NCBI GenBank assembly: GCA_043812495.1
Contig: JBDRMG010000026.1
Coordinates: 1-49,284 of the forward strand
Direction: 5' to 3'
DNA: 49,284 nt
Source: Candidatus Omnitrophota bacterium
GTDB taxonomy: Bacteria > Omnitrophota > Gorgyraeia > Zapsychrales > JBDRMG01
Shown piece after piece: positions 10,344 through 24,151 of the stretch (the stretch's first letter is position 1; each line of letters opens with the position of its first letter). The notes beneath the pieces were generated by a model. That model was given only the letters and a program-made list of their open reading frames with translations. It did no database searches and was not told the origin of the DNA. Position numbers and translations under genes: made by a program.

Positions 10344-12443
10344 TTACCTCTTGCTCCCTGCCCCTGTCGTTCTCTGTCCGATAATCTTCTCGGAAATATG
10401 ATGCGGAACCTCGGCATAAAAAGCCGGTTCCATCGAGAAATTAGCGCGCCCTTGCGTCAAGGAGCGTAAGGCATTTGCATAGTTAAACATTTCGGCCAGA
10501 GGAACTTCGCATCGCGCCGTTTTGAGCTTTCCTCTGGTTCCCATGGCAACAATTTTTGCTCGTCTTGTATTCAAATCACCAATGACTGTGCCCATAAAAT
10601 CTTCAGGCACAATTATTTCGATATCCATAATCGGCTCCAAAAAGACACTTTTTCCTTTCTGCAGCGCATCGCGTAAAGCAATCTTAGCCGCCAACTGAAA
10701 CGCGATATCACTTGAGTCAACTTCATGATAAGAGCCATCCACCAAAGTTATATTGATATCAGTGACGGGATAACCCGCCAAAACACCGCTCATGGCCCCT
10801 GCATTGATTCCTTGCTCAACCGATCTGATATATTCTCGAGGAATAGCCCCTCCTCTAATGCGATCAATAAATACAATTCCTTTACCTTTTTCCTCGGCAG
10901 GTTCGGCATCAATGATGACATGTCCATACTGACCGCGGCCGCCGGTTTGCGAGATGAATTTCCCTTGAACTCCCATGGCCTTGTGCGTAATCGTTTCTTT
11001 GTATGCGACCTGGGGCCGGCCAACGGTTGTTTCTAGATTAAATTCTCGACGCATGCGATCGATGATAATTTCCAGATGCAACTCTCCCATGCCGGAAATA
11101 ATGGTCTCACCTGTCTCTTGATCATATTTCACGCGCAACGAAGGATCTTCATCTAAGAATTTCCTTAAGGTTAGCCCGAGCTTATCTTGATCGGCTCTTG
11201 TTTTAGGCTCAATCGCCATAGACACAACCGGCTCCGGGATGTTCATACTCTCAATGACGATAGGGGCATTTTCTGCGCAAAGTGAATCGCCGGATTTTGA
11301 TTCTTTCAAGCCGACAAAGGCCGCGATTTCACCGGCCCCAACCTCCGAAACGATTTCTTGTTTGTTGGAATGCATCATAACGATCTTAGAAATTTTCTCT
11401 CTTTTTTTCTGACTTGAGTTATATACCGAATCTCCGGACTTGATTTTTCCCGAATAGATTCTCGTATAAAAAAGTTTTCCGACATAGGGGTCAGTAGCGA
11501 CTTTAAACAAAAGACCGCTAAAAGGTTCTTTTTCATCAGCCATGCGTTCTGCATACTCTTCTGTTCCGGGAACCATGCCCGCAACCGGAGGAACTTCCAA
11601 AGGTGACGGTAAATAATCGCAGGCTGCGTCAATAACCATCTGAACCCCTTTATTCTTTAAAGACGAGCCGCACAAAACAGGAATAAATTGATTTTTGATC
11701 ACGCCGCAACGTATCGCGTACATGATATCGTCAACGGAAATTTCCTTGCCTTCAACAAATTTTTCCATAATATCGTGATCGATTTCCGCTAACTTCTCAA
11801 TAAGGGTATGACGATAGGCCGCAACTTTATCTTTGTGCTCTGCGGGAATATCTTGCTTGATGCGCTTGACCCCCTCAGCATCTTCATAGGTTATGTACTT
11901 TTCGTTAATAATATCGATGATACCGGCAAATTTATCTTCGGCGCCAACGGGCATTTGAATGGCCGCCGCATGAGCACCTAAGCGATCATGCATTTGCTCA
12001 AGGACATGATCGAAATTAGCGCCCATTCGATCCATCTTGTTCACAAAAGCAATCCGAGGGACATTATAACGGTCCGCTTGTCGCCAAACGGTCTCAGTTT
12101 GCGGCTCAACGCCGCTACAGGCGCAAACCACAACCACCGCGCCATCGAGCACTTTCAAGGAACGCTCCACTTCAACGGTAAAATCCACATGACCGGGCGT
12201 ATCAATAATATTGATTCGATAATCACCCCACGTCACCGTTGTATTGGCCGCGGTAATGGTTATGCCTCTCTCCTGCTCCTGAGGCATCCAGTCCATAGTG
12301 GCTGTTCCTTCGTCCACGGTTCCCATCCTATGGATGACTCCCGTGTAAAAGAGAACCCGCTCCGTGGTCGTTGTCTTTCCTGCATCGATATGGGCGACAA
12401 TACCAATGTTTCTGACTTTTTCTAATGGTGTCTTATCTGTCAT
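10344..12443 (-). CDS. fusA: elongation factor G
   Basis: [30 protein letters not shown]. Confidence 0.99.
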   Translation of the reverse strand: MTDKTPLEKVRNIGIVAHIDAGKTTTTERVLFYTGVIHRMGTVDEGTATMDWMPQEQERGITITAANTTVTWGDYRINIIDTPGHVDFTVEVERSLKVLDGAVVVVCACSGVEPQTETVWRQADRYNVPRIAFVNKMDRMGANFDHVLEQMHDRLGAHAAAIQMPVGAEDKFAGIIDIINEKYITYEDAEGVKRIKQDIPAEHKDKVAAYRHTLIEKLAEIDHDIMEKFVEGKEISVDDIMYAIRCGVIKNQFIPVLCGSSLKNKGVQMVIDAACDYLPSPLEVPPVAGMVPGTEEYAERMADEKEPFSGLLFKVATDPYVGKLFYTRIYSGKIKSGDSVYNSSQKKREKISKIVMMHSNKQEIVSEVGAGEIAAFVGLKESKSGDSLCAENAPIVIESMNIPEPVVSMAIEPKTRADQDKLGLTLRKFLDEDPSLRVKYDQETGETIISGMGELHLEIIIDRMRREFNLETTVGRPQVAYKETITHKAMGVQGKFISQTGGRGQYGHVIIDAEPAEEKGKGIVFIDRIRGGAIPREYIRSVEQGINAGAMSGVLAGYPVTDINITLVDGSYHEVDSSDIAFQLAAKIALRDALQKGKSVFLEPIMDIEIIVPEDFMGTVIGDLNTRRAKIVAMGTRGKLKTARCEVPLAEMFNYANALRSLTQGRANFSMEPAFYAEVPHHISEKIIGQRTTGAGSKR

Positions 12444-12450
12444 ATTGGTC

Positions 12451-12921
12451 TTACCACCTCAAATGAGCAAAGGCTTTGTTCGCATCAGCCATCTTATGAA
12501 GATCATCCCGTTTTTTGATGGCCGGACCTTCTGCTTTATAGGCATTGAAAAGCTCATCGGCGAGCTTGTCTTTCATGGATTTTCCTTTTTTGGTTCGCGC
12601 AAAATCTCTAATCCAGCGTAGCGCAATCGAATTGCCTCTTAAGGGAGCTACTTCCAACGGAATCTGATAAGTCGCTCCACCGACGCGCCTGGGTTTAACT
12701 TCCAGGCGGGGGCGAACATTATCAATGGCTTTATTAAAAACTTTCATGATATCTTCCTCAGAAGCTTTTTTCTTTAAAATTTCGAAGGATCCATAAACAA
12801 TGTTTTCGGCTACCGATTTCTTACCCTCGATCATAACCACACTAATAAAGCGGGTAACCAGCGTGCTATTGTATTTTTTATCAGGGATCACTTCTCTTAT
12901 GTCGGCTTTACGTCTACGCAT
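12451..12921 (-). CDS. rpsG: 30S ribosomal protein S7
   Basis: [23 protein letters not shown]. Confidence 0.99.
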   Translation of the reverse strand: MRRRKADIREVIPDKKYNSTLVTRFISVVMIEGKKSVAENIVYGSFEILKKKASEEDIMKVFNKAIDNVRPRLEVKPRRVGGATYQIPLEVAPLRGNSIALRWIRDFARTKKGKSMKDKLADELFNAYKAEGPAIKKRDDLHKMADANKAFAHLRW

Positions 12922-13292
12922 TATTTCTCTCTCTTTGTTCCGTATTTGGACCTTGATTTCTTTCTGTTGGCCACACCGGCTGTATCGAGGGTTCCGCGCA
13001 CGATGTGATAACGAACACCTGGCAAATCTTTGACCCGGCCACCTCTGACAAGAACGATGGAGTGCTCCTGGAGATTGTGGCCCTCGCCGGGGATATAACT
13101 GGTCACCTCATAGCGATTGGTTAAACGGACCCTGGCGATTTTACGCAAAGCCGAATTCGGCTTCTTGGGCGTCATTGTTTTAACCTGGAGGCAAACGCCT
13201 CGACGCTGCGGGCAGTTTGTCAACGCAGGGGATTTACCCTTCTTTTTTTTCAGTTTCCTTTGTATCCTAATCAGTTGGGATATTGTCGGCAT
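12921..13292 (-). CDS. rpsL: 30S ribosomal protein S12
   Basis: [23 protein letters not shown]; overlaps rpoC 3' end by 26 nt. Confidence 0.99.
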   Translation of the reverse strand: MPTISQLIRIQRKLKKKKGKSPALTNCPQRRGVCLQVKTMTPKKPNSALRKIARVRLTNRYEVTSYIPGEGHNLQEHSIVLVRGGRVKDLPGVRYHIVRGTLDTAGVANRKKSRSKYGTKREK

Positions 13293-16200
13293 ATTTCACC
13301 ATTTCGATATTGTCATAGGCTTTGAAACCTGTTCCTGCAGGGATCAAATGGCCTACGATTACATTTTCTTTAAGGCCTCGCAGGTAGTCTTTTTTACCGC
13401 TGGCCGCTGCCTCTGTCAATACTCTTGTTGTCTCTTGAAAGCTAGCAGCGGAAATAAAACTCTCAGTCGTTAGAGAGACCTTTGTAATACCTAACAAAAG
13501 TGGGGTCGCAGAAGCCGGTTTTCCTTTCTTTTTAAGAACAGCCTGATTGGCTTTCTTAAAAGCAACTCGATCCACCTGTTGCCCGACTAAGAATTCCGTA
13601 TCTCCGGACTCTTCGATTTTTACTTTTTTAAGCATCTGACAAATAATAAGCTCGATATGCTTATCATTAATGCGCACACCCTGCAACCGATAGACTTCCT
13701 GAATCTCATTAAGAAGATATTCTTGTAAGATTTTATCTCCGCACACGCGCAAAATATCATGCGGAACCACAGGGCCATCCGTCAGTTGCTGGCCGGCAAA
13801 AACACGATCTCCTTTGTAGACATTGGGATGCTTGCCATGGGGAATAAGGTAATCCTTGGCCATTCCCGTTGTACTGCGAATAATAATTTTTCGACGACCT
13901 TTTTGATCTTCTCCGAACTCCACAAATCCGTCGATTTCGCTGATGACGGCAGGATCTTTCGGGCGTCTGGCCTCAAAAAGTTCAGCCACGCGCGGCAAAC
14001 CGCCGGTGATATCTCTTGTTTTGCCGACCCCGCGCGGAATCTTGGCTAATAACTCACCGGCCCCTACATTCTGCTTGTCTTTCAATAAGATATGGGCTCC
14101 TACAGGGATAGAATAAATCCCTAACACCTCTTGCTTATCATCGGTAACAATAATCTGCGGATGAAATTCCTGCTTATGCTCAACCACCACGCGTTCGATA
14201 ATTCCCGTGACGGGATTTTGCTCTTTGCGAACGGTGACGTCCTCCTTAAGATCCTCAAAATTAACCACACCCTTGACTTCGGAAATAATGGGAACGGTAT
14301 AAGGATCCCAGGTCACAAAAATAACATCCTTGTTCGTCTCTTCGTTATCGGCTACAGCAATGACAGCCCCTTGAGGAAGCTGATGTCGTTCGTATTCGCG
14401 TCCTAATTCATCATTGATGCTGATGGATCCATTGCGATTAAGAACAATATATTGTTTTTCTTTCTCAACCACGCGCAATTTGTGATAGCGGACAATCCCT
14501 TTATTCTTGGAGCGGATAAAGGATTGCTCAACGGCACGGCTTGCGGTTCCTCCGATGTGGAAGGTACGCATCGTCAGCTGCGTTCCGGGCTCACCGATGC
14601 TCTGAGCGGCAATGGTACCGACCGCTTCGCCGATTTCTATTAATCGTTGCGTGGCTAAATTACGTCCATAGCAGCGGATACAAACACCCCGCTCAGATTC
14701 GCATGTCAAAACGCTTCGGATACGTACTTTTTCAATTCCTAATTGCTCGATGATTTCGGCCTTTTCTTCCGTAATCTCGTCGCCCGCTTCGACAACAAGC
14801 TGATCCGTGATGACATCAACAATATTATCCAAGGCCACGCGACCTACGATGCGCTCTTTAAGGCTAACCACGACTTCATCGCCTTCGATGATCGCGGAAA
14901 CGGTAATCCCGTTGAGCGTTCCGCAATCTTTTTCGGTAATCACCATCTCTTGAGCCACATCGACTAAGCGACGCGTCAAATACCCTGCATCCGCTGTCTT
15001 CAGGGCTGTATCGGCTAAACCTTTACGTGCACCGTGTGTCGAAATAAAATATTCCAGAACCGAAAGTCCTTCCCGAAAACTCGCTGTGATAGGATTTTCG
15101 ATGATCTCCCCTGAAGGTTTAGCCATTAATCCGCGCATACCGGAAAGCTGCCGTATTTGTAAACGAGACCCGCGCGCACCGGAATCCGCCATAATAAAGA
15201 CAGGGTTAAAAGAATCCATCTGTTTAAAGACCAAATCAGATAGGGCCTCGGTGGCATGCGTCCAGACGTCAATCACTTTGTTATATCGTTCTCGTCCGGT
15301 GATCACGCCTTTTCGATATTGGTCTTCGACCTTGGCAATCTCTTGTTTCGAATTCTTAATCAGCTCCGCTTTTTCCGCAGGAACAGTCAAGTCGGCAATG
15401 CTGATCGAAATACCGGCCAACGTGGCTTGCTCAAATCCAAGGTCTTTCAGCGCGTCAAGTAGAATAATCGTTCGATGCTGACCATATCGTTTATAACAAT
15501 CCGTGATAACCGCTCCGACCTTCTTTTTATTCATCGTTTCATTGACAAAACCGAAAGTTTCCGGCAAAAGCTCATTGAGCATCACCCGTCCAACCGTCGT
15601 TTCGATAACGGGCACTTGAAGATGCTCAGCTTTTTCCTTCTTCTTGCTATCGGCCTTGAGAATCTCTTCCTGGGAAATGATCAAGGAAGGTTTTTCTTCA
15701 CCCCAAATGTCTTCTTTTAATTTTAGTTTAATTCTGGAATGAAGATCAAGCAATCCGTCATTATAAGCAATCATCACTTCGTGGCCCGATGAAAACAGGT
15801 GACCTTCCCCTTTTCCTCCCACTTTATCCTTGGTCAGATAATACAAACCCAAAACAATGTCCTGAGTTGGGGTCAGAATCGGCCGGCCATCGGCGGGGGA
15901 GAAGATGTTATTCGTCGATAAAAGTTCAACGCGGCACTCCATCTGAGCTTCCAAGGACAAGGGCACATGCACGGCCATCTGGTCGCCGTCAAAATCGGCA
16001 TTAAAAGCGGTGCACACAAGCGGATGAAGTTTAATCGCTTTTCCTTCAATCAAAATAGGTTGAAAAGCTTGAACACTCAAACGGTGGAGAGTCGGTGCGC
16101 GGTTGAGCATCACCGGGTGGTCATGAATGACCTCATCCAAAATATCCCAGACCTCGATTTTAGCGCGTTCGACCATTCTTTTCGCGCCCTTAATCGTATG

Positions 16201-17346
16201 GACAAATCCTTTTTCTCTAAGTTTGCGGATAATAAATGGTTCAAAAAGCTCCAAGGCCATTTTTTTTGGTAAACCGCATTGGTGCAATTTTAGTTCAGGT
16301 CCAACCACAATAACGGAACGGCCGGAATAATCAACGCGCTTTCCTAGAAGATTCATACGGAAACGCCCTTGCTTGCCTTTGAGCATATCTGAAAGAGATT
16401 TGAGTGGCCGGTTACCGGATCCCAAAACAGGCCGCCCATGACGGCCGTTATCCAGAAGCGCGTCCACGGATTCCTGAAGCATGCGTTTTTCATTGCGGAT
16501 AATAATTTCAGGGGCTTTGAGATCAAGCAATTTCTTCAGTCGATTATTTCGGTTGATGACTCTTCTGTATAAATCATTTAAATCTGATGTGGCAAAACGG
16601 CCGCCTTCCAGAGGAACAAGCGGTCGAAGGTCGGGTGGAATGACCGGTAAGGTTTCGAGGATCATCCAATCCGGAGAATTACCGGACGCCTTGAAGTCTT
16701 CTGCCACTTTCAACATTTTGGCAATCTTTCTGGCGTTCGTACCGGCTGGATTAGACTTTTCTAAATCCTTGCGTAATTTTTTGCAGAGGGCATTGAGATC
16801 AAGCTCTTTGAGAAGATCGTTGATCGCCTCGGCGCCGATCTTGGCCTTAAAAGCACCCCCGTATTTGACGACGCATTCTTGGTACTCGTCTTCCGAGAGA
16901 AGTTCTTTCTTTTTCAAAGGTGTTTCCCCGGGGTCTATAACAATATACTCTTCATAATAAATAATTTTTTCTAAATCTCGTAAGGTGATCGAAAGCAACG
17001 CCGATAAACGACTGGGGACAGCTTTGTAAAACCAAATATGCGTCACAGCGCAGGCGAGTTCAATATGGCCCATCCGTTCTCTGCGCACATTTGATCGCGT
17101 GACCAAGACACCGCAACGATCGCAAGTGATACCCTTAAACTTGATTCCTTTGTATTTACCGCAATTGCATTCCCAGTCGCGCACAGGGCCAAAGATACGC
17201 TCGCAAAAAAGGCCATCTTTTTCTGGCTTGAGAGTTCGGTAATTCAGGGTCTCGGCTTTTTTTACGATACCACTTGACCACGAACGAATCACCTGCGGTG
17301 AGGCAATGCGTATGCTAAGGCTATCGTATTCTTTAAATTCGCTCAT
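13267..17346 (-). CDS. rpoC: RNA polymerase beta' subunit
   Basis: [12 protein letters not shown] catalytic motif, N-terminal Zn ribbon, trigger-loop insertion between TMRTFH and DITGGLPR. Confidence 0.99.
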   Translation of the reverse strand: MSEFKEYDSLSIRIASPQVIRSWSSGIVKKAETLNYRTLKPEKDGLFCERIFGPVRDWECNCGKYKGIKFKGITCDRCGVLVTRSNVRRERMGHIELACAVTHIWFYKAVPSRLSALLSITLRDLEKIIYYEEYIVIDPGETPLKKKELLSEDEYQECVVKYGGAFKAKIGAEAINDLLKELDLNALCKKLRKDLEKSNPAGTNARKIAKMLKVAEDFKASGNSPDWMILETLPVIPPDLRPLVPLEGGRFATSDLNDLYRRVINRNNRLKKLLDLKAPEIIIRNEKRMLQESVDALLDNGRHGRPVLGSGNRPLKSLSDMLKGKQGRFRMNLLGKRVDYSGRSVIVVGPELKLHQCGLPKKMALELFEPFIIRKLREKGFVHTIKGAKRMVERAKIEVWDILDEVIHDHPVMLNRAPTLHRLSVQAFQPILIEGKAIKLHPLVCTAFNADFDGDQMAVHVPLSLEAQMECRVELLSTNNIFSPADGRPILTPTQDIVLGLYYLTKDKVGGKGEGHLFSSGHEVMIAYNDGLLDLHSRIKLKLKEDIWGEEKPSLIISQEEILKADSKKKEKAEHLQVPVIETTVGRVMLNELLPETFGFVNETMNKKKVGAVITDCYKRYGQHRTIILLDALKDLGFEQATLAGISISIADLTVPAEKAELIKNSKQEIAKVEDQYRKGVITGRERYNKVIDVWTHATEALSDLVFKQMDSFNPVFIMADSGARGSRLQIRQLSGMRGLMAKPSGEIIENPITASFREGLSVLEYFISTHGARKGLADTALKTADAGYLTRRLVDVAQEMVITEKDCGTLNGITVSAIIEGDEVVVSLKERIVGRVALDNIVDVITDQLVVEAGDEITEEKAEIIEQLGIEKVRIRSVLTCESERGVCIRCYGRNLATQRLIEIGEAVGTIAAQSIGEPGTQLTMRTFHIGGTASRAVEQSFIRSKNKGIVRYHKLRVVEKEKQYIVLNRNGSISINDELGREYERHQLPQGAVIAVADNEETNKDVIFVTWDPYTVPIISEVKGVVNFEDLKEDVTVRKEQNPVTGIIERVVVEHKQEFHPQIIVTDDKQEVLGIYSIPVGAHILLKDKQNVGAGELLAKIPRGVGKTRDITGGLPRVAELFEARRPKDPAVISEIDGFVEFGEDQKGRRKIIIRSTTGMAKDYLIPHGKHPNVYKGDRVFAGQQLTDGPVVPHDILRVCGDKILQEYLLNEIQEVYRLQGVRINDKHIELIICQMLKKVKIEESGDTEFLVGQQVDRVAFKKANQAVLKKKGKPASATPLLLGITKVSLTTESFISAASFQETTRVLTEAAASGKKDYLRGLKENVIVGHLIPAGTGFKAYDNIEMVKYADNIPTD

Positions 17347-17354
17347 CAGAGGCC

Positions 17355-20300
17355 CTATTTCCCTTTCCCTTTCTCTTTCTCTTTATCTTTTCTTGCATCT
17401 CTTCTCGTTTCCATCCCGCTATTTTCAACGCGAATATCCAAACATAGACCCTGTAATTCTTTTACAAGAACATTGAATGATTCCGGCGTACCCGGCGAAA
17501 GCTTCTGCTCTCCTTTAACAATAGCTTCGTAAATGCGACTTCGGCCGTTCACGTCATCGCTTTTAACGGTTAACATTTCTTGTAATGTGTACGCCGCGCC
17601 ATAGGCCTCAAGAGCCCAGACTTCCATCTCGCCAAAACGCTGTCCGCCAAAGTGCGCTTTTCCGCCCAGAGGCTGCTGAGTCACGAGAGAATAGGGCCCG
17701 ATGGAGCGCGCATGAATCTTTTCATCGACCAAGTGATTCAATTTCATCATGTAAATAAAGCCGATCGTAATTTTCTGATCAAAAGGTCGCCCGGAAAAAC
17801 CATCAAAAACCGTCGCCTTGCCATTTTCTGGTAAACCGGCTTCTTTGAGTAATTCTCGAATCTCTTTTTCCGAAGCGCCGTTAAAAACAGGCGTCATGGC
17901 TTGAAAACCAAGAGCCTTGGCTGCCCAACCCAAATGCGTTTCCAGCAACTGGCCAACATTCATGCGGGAGGGAACGCCCAAGGGGTTTAATACTAATTCT
18001 AAAGAAGTACCGTCTTCTAGAAACGGCATGTCCTCTTCCGGCAAAATGCGGGCGATCACACCTTTGTTGCCGTGGCGTCCGGCCATTTTATCACCCTCTG
18101 CAATTTTTCTTTTGGTGGCGACATAGACGATCACGCGCTTGAGAACCCCGGCAGGTAATTCATCTCCCCGCTTGACGCGATCGGTTTCCTGAGCCTGATC
18201 TTCGGCCAATTCTTTAATTTTATCGTTAAAAAAGTCAAGTGTCTCGCGCGCTTCATCATTATTGCTAAAATCGCTGAGATTGAGTTTCTCAAACTTCTTT
18301 TTGTCTATGCCAAGCACTCGGCAAAGCTTCTTCTCCTTCTCTTCTTCTAAGAAAGCCATCTCTTGCTTGTAGTATTCCTTGATTTTCTTAATGGCAGCCA
18401 ATTCCTTGGATTTATCGGCCTTGGTTTTACGCCCGCGTTCGCTACGTTGAAATAATTCAACATTGACAATTACACCCTCAATGCCGGGAGGAAGAGTCAA
18501 CGATGTATCGCGGATATCCGCAGCCTTCTCGCCGAAAATCGCCCGGAGCAATCGCTCTTCCGGAGAAAGTTCTTTCTCGCTTTTGGGCGTGACTTTTCCG
18601 ACTAGAATGTCTCCTGCTTTGACCTCCGCCCCTATGCAAACAATACCGTCTTCCGTTAAATCCTTTAGGGCATCCTCTCCGACATTGGGAATATCTCTTG
18701 TGATTTCTTCGTTGCCAAGTCTTGTTTCGCGTGCTTCGACTTCAAATTTCTCAACATGAATGGAGGTGAATCGATCTTCGCGGACAACCTTTTCGCTGAT
18801 GATAATCGCATCTTCAAAATTAAAACCGCGCCACGGCATAAAAGCAGCCAAAATGTTTCTTCCCAAGCCGATTTGCCCGTCCTTTGTGCCGATCCCATCA
18901 GCGATAATCTGACCAGCTTCAATCGTATCACCTAATTTCACAAGGGGTTTTTGGATAATGCATGTATTGGCATTCGTACGCATAAAACTCTTTAAGGGAT
19001 AAGTATTCTTGCCGATCACGATTTCTTTGGCGTCCACCTTCGTGACTTTGCCCGATTCTGTAGCAATGCATACGACACCAGAGTCTCTTGCTACTTTTTC
19101 TTCCATACCTGTTCCGACAAGCGCAACTTCCGGATCCATCAAAGGGACCGCTTGGCGTTGCATATTGGATCCCATGAGGGCACGGTTGGCATCATCATGT
19201 TCTAAGAACGGAATCAACGAAGCCGCCACGGAAACCAACTGCTTGGGAGAAACATCCATATACTCGACTTTGTGCGTAGGAACCTTTGGAAAATCCGTTT
19301 TATACCGGCACATGACCGTTTTTTCAAGCATGGTTCCGTCTTTGTCTAAAGGGGTGTCGGCTTGTGCAATATATTTGAGTTGATCAATGTCAGCGGTGAG
19401 ATATTCAATTTTCTTCGTCACGCGGCCGTCTTCGACTTTTCGATAGGGTGTTTCGATAAATCCTAAGAGATTGATGCGGGCGCAAGTGGTTAAGGACGCG
19501 ATGAGACCGATATTGGGACCTTCTGGCGTTTCAATCGGACAAACGCGGCCATAATGCGTGGGATGAACGTCACGAACTTCAAAACCCGCGCGTTCGCGAG
19601 ATAAACCACCCGGACCGATAGCGCTGATTCTGCGCTTATGGGTCATTTCGGCCATCGGATTAACCTGATCCATAAATTGAGACAATTGACTGCGGGCAAA
19701 GAAATCTTGAATTTGATTGGAAAAAAGTCTGGAATTGATTAGGTGGTGGGCGGTGAGATTCTCAAAATTGCTCATAATCACAAGCCGTTCCTTAATGGAA
19801 CGTTCCAGGCGCGCTAAACCAATACGGACTTGATTTTGCACCAATTCGCCGATGGATTTGACGCGTCTGTTGCCTAAGTGATCGATATCATCAATCTCGC
19901 CTTGTCCTTCTCGTAAATTGATCAGATAACGCATGACCTCAACCACCGTGGCGATATCCAAGATGCGATTATCGATTGGCGTGCTAGTCCCAAGTTTTCG
20001 GTTGGCAATATGACGTCCGACTTTGCTTAAGTCATAACGTTTTGTGTCAAAAAATAATCTGAAGAACAAAGCGTCAGCCACTTCAATGGTTGCCGGTTCC
20101 GTCGGTCTCATCTTGCGGTAGAAATCAAGCAAGGCTTCTTCTTTGCTCTTGGTATGATCTTTCTCTAAAGTGGGCTTGATCTTTTCAAAATGGCTCCCGA
20201 ACATCTTGACCATGTCCTCTTCGTTCGACAATCCCATAATCCTTAAAATTTGAGTGGCAGTGAAATTCCGTCTTCGATCCACGTAAGCGATCAAAATGTC

Positions 20301-20831
20301 ATTTAAGTCATACTTGACTTCAAACCAGGCGCCGCGGGAGGGAATAATCCTTCCATAATAGATGCTTTTGCCCGTAGGATGAACTTCTTCTTCGAAAGAA
20401 ACGCCGGGTGAACGCTGGATCTGAGAAACAACAACGCGCTCATCGCCATTGATGATAAATGTTCCGGTATCGGTCATCAGAGGAAATTCCCCGAAATACA
20501 CCTCTTGCTCTTTGATGTCGATGGGAGAAATCAGACGCAATTTGACTTTTAAGGGAGCTGAATACGTCATTCCGCGTCGTTGACATTCATAGCGGGAATA
20601 TTTTTCTTTCCCTAATGAATAAGTGACATATTCAAGGCGAATTTGCCCATCATAACTTTCCAGAGGGAATACTTCCCGAAAGACTTCTTCGAGTCCCTGC
20701 TCCTTACGCTTGTCTTCCGGACATTCTCTTTGCAGGAAGATTTCGTACGACTCTACCTGAATATCCAAAAGATGAGGCAATCCGAAGGTGTCTTGGATTT
20801 TACTAAAATCTTTGATTTTTGTGCCCTTCAT
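17355..20831 (-). CDS. rpoB: RNA polymerase beta subunit
   Basis: [36 protein letters not shown]. Confidence 0.99.
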   Translation of the reverse strand: MKGTKIKDFSKIQDTFGLPHLLDIQVESYEIFLQRECPEDKRKEQGLEEVFREVFPLESYDGQIRLEYVTYSLGKEKYSRYECQRRGMTYSAPLKVKLRLISPIDIKEQEVYFGEFPLMTDTGTFIINGDERVVVSQIQRSPGVSFEEEVHPTGKSIYYGRIIPSRGAWFEVKYDLNDILIAYVDRRRNFTATQILRIMGLSNEEDMVKMFGSHFEKIKPTLEKDHTKSKEEALLDFYRKMRPTEPATIEVADALFFRLFFDTKRYDLSKVGRHIANRKLGTSTPIDNRILDIATVVEVMRYLINLREGQGEIDDIDHLGNRRVKSIGELVQNQVRIGLARLERSIKERLVIMSNFENLTAHHLINSRLFSNQIQDFFARSQLSQFMDQVNPMAEMTHKRRISAIGPGGLSRERAGFEVRDVHPTHYGRVCPIETPEGPNIGLIASLTTCARINLLGFIETPYRKVEDGRVTKKIEYLTADIDQLKYIAQADTPLDKDGTMLEKTVMCRYKTDFPKVPTHKVEYMDVSPKQLVSVAASLIPFLEHDDANRALMGSNMQRQAVPLMDPEVALVGTGMEEKVARDSGVVCIATESGKVTKVDAKEIVIGKNTYPLKSFMRTNANTCIIQKPLVKLGDTIEAGQIIADGIGTKDGQIGLGRNILAAFMPWRGFNFEDAIIISEKVVREDRFTSIHVEKFEVEARETRLGNEEITRDIPNVGEDALKDLTEDGIVCIGAEVKAGDILVGKVTPKSEKELSPEERLLRAIFGEKAADIRDTSLTLPPGIEGVIVNVELFQRSERGRKTKADKSKELAAIKKIKEYYKQEMAFLEEEKEKKLCRVLGIDKKKFEKLNLSDFSNNDEARETLDFFNDKIKELAEDQAQETDRVKRGDELPAGVLKRVIVYVATKRKIAEGDKMAGRHGNKGVIARILPEEDMPFLEDGTSLELVLNPLGVPSRMNVGQLLETHLGWAAKALGFQAMTPVFNGASEKEIRELLKEAGLPENGKATVFDGFSGRPFDQKITIGFIYMMKLNHLVDEKIHARSIGPYSLVTQQPLGGKAHFGGQRFGEMEVWALEAYGAAYTLQEMLTVKSDDVNGRSRIYEAIVKGEQKLSPGTPESFNVLVKELQGLCLDIRVENSGMETRRDARKDKEKEKGKGK

Positions 20832-20895
20832 AGATTAGTCTTTTCCTTCTTTGAATCGGAATTCCTTTCATCAAGAAAACCGAGCCAGCAATGAA

Positions 20896-21330
20896 TTATT
20901 TTAATTCGACTTTTGCGCCAGCCGCTGTCAGTTTCTTTTTCAGATCTTCGGCTTCTTCTTTTGTAGCGCCTTCCTTGACTGTCTTCGGGGCCGCTTCAAC
21001 AAGGTCCTTGGCTTCTTTTAAGCCTAAATTCGTCGCTGCTCTAACTTCTTTAATCACAGAGATTTTGTTGCTGCCGATTTCGGCCAAAACAACATCAAAC
21101 GTTGTTTTTTCCTCAACCGGAGCGCTCCCTGCGCCACCTGCACCAGATCCCATCATCATGGGGCCGGCCATCATAGCTGCGGCAGCCTGAATGCCGAATT
21201 TGTCTTCTAGGCCTTTGACAAGGTCAGATAATTCAAGAGCTGTTAAAACTTCAATCTGCTTAACAATCTCTTCCAGCTTGGGTGAAAGCTGTTTGCTCTC
21301 AGCTTTTTCCTCTACAGTATTCTCTGACAT
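20896..21330 (-). CDS. rplL: 50S ribosomal protein L7/L12
   Basis: [26 protein letters not shown]. Confidence 0.99.
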   Translation of the reverse strand: MSENTVEEKAESKQLSPKLEEIVKQIEVLTALELSDLVKGLEDKFGIQAAAAMMAGPMMMGSGAGGAGSAPVEEKTTFDVVLAEIGSNKISVIKEVRAATNLGLKEAKDLVEAAPKTVKEGATKEEAEDLKKKLTAAGAKVELK

Positions 21331-21332
21331 TT

Positions 21333-21863
21333 CTAGTTACCTCCCTTTTTTTCGCTTAATTGTTTTAGGATATATATCAAATCACGCGTTTTGGCATTTA
21401 AGGCACTGGCCAAACGTGTTAACGGTGCCTGAATGGTTCCCAATAGAATAGACAATAAAACTTCTTTCGAGGGTAGCTCGGATAATCTCTTCACATCCTC
21501 TTTGGTTAATAACTTGCCCTCGCAAAGACCGCCTCGGACAAGAACGCCTTCGCAACCCTTGGAGAAATTGATCAAGGTTTTTGAAATTTCAGCGGAATCG
21601 GCCCCGCTAAAAATGAATGCCATCTGGCCTTCAAGCCATTCGATGAGCTTTTCCTTTTCTAAATCTTTAAGGACGCGCTGGGCAATGCTGTTTTTTGTCA
21701 CATGAACACTGGCACCGATCTTTTTAAGGTTCTTGCGCAAGGTATCCATCTGGCCGCTGGAGACCTGGGTATAACTCATCAAAAAAACGTTGCTGTGGCT
21801 CTCTACGTTACTTTTGATATGCTGACTGGCGCTTTCGCGAACTAATAATCCTGCTTTTTTCAT
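21333..21863 (-). CDS. rplJ: 50S ribosomal protein L10
   Basis: Between rplA and rpl[16 protein letters not shown]. Confidence 0.95.
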   Translation of the reverse strand: MKKAGLLVRESASQHIKSNVESHSNVFLMSYTQVSSGQMDTLRKNLKKIGASVHVTKNSIAQRVLKDLEKEKLIEWLEGQMAFIFSGADSAEISKTLINFSKGCEGVLVRGGLCEGKLLTKEDVKRLSELPSKEVLLSILLGTIQAPLTRLASALNAKTRDLIYILKQLSEKKGGN

Positions 21864-22540
21864 ATGGCAATCTTAACTCCCGGCCCCATGGTGGTCGCCA
21901 AAAAAGCGCTTTTTAGAAGATTTCCTTTGATAGACGCCGGTTTGACCTGAAGAATAGCCTCCATAACGCAATTGGCATTGTCTAATAATTGATCTTGCGA
22001 AAACGAACGCTTGCCGATCCCAACGTGAATTCCGGCAAGCTTATCCGTTTTGAATTCTATTTTTCCTTTTTTGACTTCCTTAATAGCCTTTTCAATATCT
22101 GTCGTGACCGTTCCGGATTTCGGAGACGGCATAAGCCCCCTCGGTCCAAGAATTTTTCCTAGCTTACTAAGATCGCGCATCATATCCGGGGTCGCGATGG
22201 CCCGATCAAAATCAAGAAAACCTTTGGCCACTTTATCAATCAAATCTTCGGCTCCCACAATATCCGCCCCGCTTTCGGTGGCCTTCTTCAGATTGTCTCC
22301 TTTGCAGAATACGGCCACTTTAACTTTTTTTCCCGTCCCATGCGGCAGAATCACCGTACCGCGGATCAGCTGATCCGAACTTTTGGGATCGACATTTAAA
22401 CGAAAATGCAATTCTACTGTTTCGTCAAACTTCACGGTTGGGAATTTGGCAATTTGCTGGATCGCCTCCGCAAGAGGATACGTCTGGTTTTTGTCCACCG
22501 CTTTACCGGCCTGCTGCATCCGTTTGCTGATACGAACCAT
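21860..22540 (-). CDS. rplA: 50S ribosomal protein L1
   Basis: KFDETVE, LGPRGLMPSPKSGT, TMGPG. Confidence 0.99.
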   Translation of the reverse strand: MVRISKRMQQAGKAVDKNQTYPLAEAIQQIAKFPTVKFDETVELHFRLNVDPKSSDQLIRGTVILPHGTGKKVKVAVFCKGDNLKKATESGADIVGAEDLIDKVAKGFLDFDRAIATPDMMRDLSKLGKILGPRGLMPSPKSGTVTTDIEKAIKEVKKGKIEFKTDKLAGIHVGIGKRSFSQDQLLDNANCVMEAILQVKPASIKGNLLKSAFLATTMGPGVKIAI

Positions 22541-22965
22541 CAGTCGATCACCTCAACGCCCATGCTGCGGGCCGTCCCTTCAATCGTTTTAACGGCCTCT
22601 TTAAGATCAATGGTATTCAAATCTTCCATTTTCTGGACCGCAATTTTTTCGATTTGTTTTCTCGTTAAACTTCCGATCTTCTCTTTTCCTGCCGTTCCGG
22701 ATGCCTTGGCCAAATTGGCCGCTTTTTTGATCAGCACAGAACTGGGAGGAGTCTTAATAATAAAATCAAAAGACCGATCCTTGTAGACCGTGATCACGGC
22801 CGGTAAAATCAAGCCTTCTCGGCCTTTGGTCTTTTCATTAAACTGCTTGCAGAACATCATAATATTGACGCCATGTTGACCAAGAGCCGGACCAACAGGC
22901 GGCGCGGGATTGGCCTGCCCTGCAGGAACATACAATTTGATTTGTGCAACAGCTTCTTTAGCCAC
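22540..22965 (-). CDS. rplK: 50S ribosomal protein L11
   Basis: [22 protein letters not shown]. Confidence 0.99.
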   Translation of the reverse strand: MAKEAVAQIKLYVPAGQANPAPPVGPALGQHGVNIMMFCKQFNEKTKGREGLILPAVITVYKDRSFDFIIKTPPSSVLIKKAANLAKASGTAGKEKIGSLTRKQIEKIAVQKMEDLNTIDLKEAVKTIEGTARSMGVEVID

Positions 22966-22982
22966 TAATAACCTCTTAAATG

Positions 22983-23507
22983 TTATATTTTTTCAACTTG
23001 CCAATACTCTAATTCGACAAGGGTGGAGCGCCCGAAAATAGAAACACTCACCTTGAGTTTTCCTCGTTCAGGATACAATTCGACAACCGAACCATTGAAA
23101 TTGGCGAAAGGTCCTTGGGCGATGCGGATAGGTTCCCCTGTATCGAATGTAACTTTTGGGCTGGGCTTGACTTCCGTTTCTTTGGTACGCTTAAGGATGT
23201 TATCGACTTCTTCTTCCGAAAGAGGTGCAGGTTTTCGACCGGGACCGATAAAACCCGTTATCCCGGGAGTTGTCTTAACCAGATACCAGCTTTCTTTGTT
23301 CATCTCCATCTTGATCAGCAGATATCCCGGAAAAAACTTTCTTGTTGAGATGCGTTTTTTTCCGCTTCTGATCTCAGAAACCTGTTCGGTCGGGACAACG
23401 ATCTCTTCAACATAATCTTTTAAATTGGTCGTTGCCAAACGACTTTCGAGGCCTGCTTTGGCCTTTTCTTCAGAACCTGTTTGCGTATGGACAACGTACC
23501 ACTTCAT
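22983..23507 (-). CDS. nusG: transcription factor NusG
   Basis: [28 protein letters not shown]. Confidence 0.99.
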   Translation of the reverse strand: MKWYVVHTQTGSEEKAKAGLESRLATTNLKDYVEEIVVPTEQVSEIRSGKKRISTRKFFPGYLLIKMEMNKESWYLVKTTPGITGFIGPGRKPAPLSEEEVDNILKRTKETEVKPSPKVTFDTGEPIRIAQGPFANFNGSVVELYPERGKLKVSVSIFGRSTLVELEYWQVEKI

Positions 23508-23509
23508 AA

Positions 23510-23695
23510 TTATTTTATGATTAATCCTAAGAATTTTGAAAGAGCAAAATCACAAACACCGATAAAAACACCAAGCATCGCGGAGCTCAACAGCACAAGC
23601 CAAGTCGCTTCCATGAGTTCTTTGCGTGTAGACCAAGAAACCTTTTTGAGTTCGACAATGACTTCGCTGATAAATTTTTTTGTTTTGCCAATCAT
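23510..23695 (-). CDS. secE: preprotein translocase SecE (single TM)
   Basis: ELKKVSWS then a hydrophobic helix; ATG 23695; the longer track ORF runs through the tRNA. Confidence 0.96.
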   Translation of the reverse strand: MIGKTKKFISEVIVELKKVSWSTRKELMEATWLVLLSSAMLGVFIGVCDFALSKFLGLIIK

Positions 23696-23712
23696 ATTCT
23701 TTTTATTCGTTG

Positions 23713-23786
23713 CAGGCCTGGCAGGATTCGAACCTGCAACCTTCGGTTTTGGAGACCGTCGCTCTACCAATTGGAGCTACAGGCCT
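23713..23786 (-). tRNA. tRNA-Trp (CCA anticodon); 3' CCA not encoded
   Basis: AGGCCTG/CAGGCCT acceptor stem, loop CT-CCA-AA, T-arm GCAGG-TTCGAAT-CCTGC; between rpmG and secE. Confidence 0.97.
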
Positions 23787-23795
23787 ATAGAACCA

Positions 23796-23948
23796 TTATT
23801 TTTTTAACTCTTTATGGATTGTATGCTTGCGATCAAATCGGCAGTATTTTTTTAATTCGAGGCGATCAGGATGTTGTTTTTTATCCTTGGTGCCAGTATA
23901 ATTGATCTGATGACAAACTGTACATTCAAAACGAATTTTCTCGCGCAT
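23796..23948 (-). CDS. rpmG: 50S ribosomal protein L33 (50 aa; not in the ORF track)
   Basis: Manual translation [50 protein letters not shown]. Confidence 0.98.
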   Translation of the reverse strand: MREKIRFECTVCHQINYTGTKDKKQHPDRLELKKYCRFDRKHTIHKELKK

Positions 23949-23984
23949 AACATTAATATTCTTTCAAATATTTATTCTCATTTA

Positions 23985-24057
<73 letters not shown>

Positions 24058-24074
24058 GGAATTTCAAATGCTTA

Positions 24075-24103
24075 AGTATAGCCTCTGAACTTTTTTTTGT
24101 CAA
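24075..24103 (-). promoter_or_regulatory. sigma70 promoter of the tRNA-Thr/ribosomal superoperon
   Basis: TTGACA (24103-24098), 17 nt, TATACT (24080-24075); AT-rich upstream. Confidence 0.85.
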
Positions 24104-24151
24104 GTTTTTTATTAGCTATTTTTGGAATGCAATTTACTCAAATTGCTTGGG

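Noticed and set aside
19600..19700. Intrinsic rifampicin-resistance substitutions in RpoB
   Set aside because: Key cluster I residues are canonical (SQFMDQ, HKRR, following Ser).
20832..20895. Attenuator hairpin between rplL and rpoB
   Set aside because: Only a weak interrupted stem and no U-tract.
23696..23770. N-terminal extension of SecE in the ORF track
   Set aside because: It is a translation of the tRNA-Trp gene.
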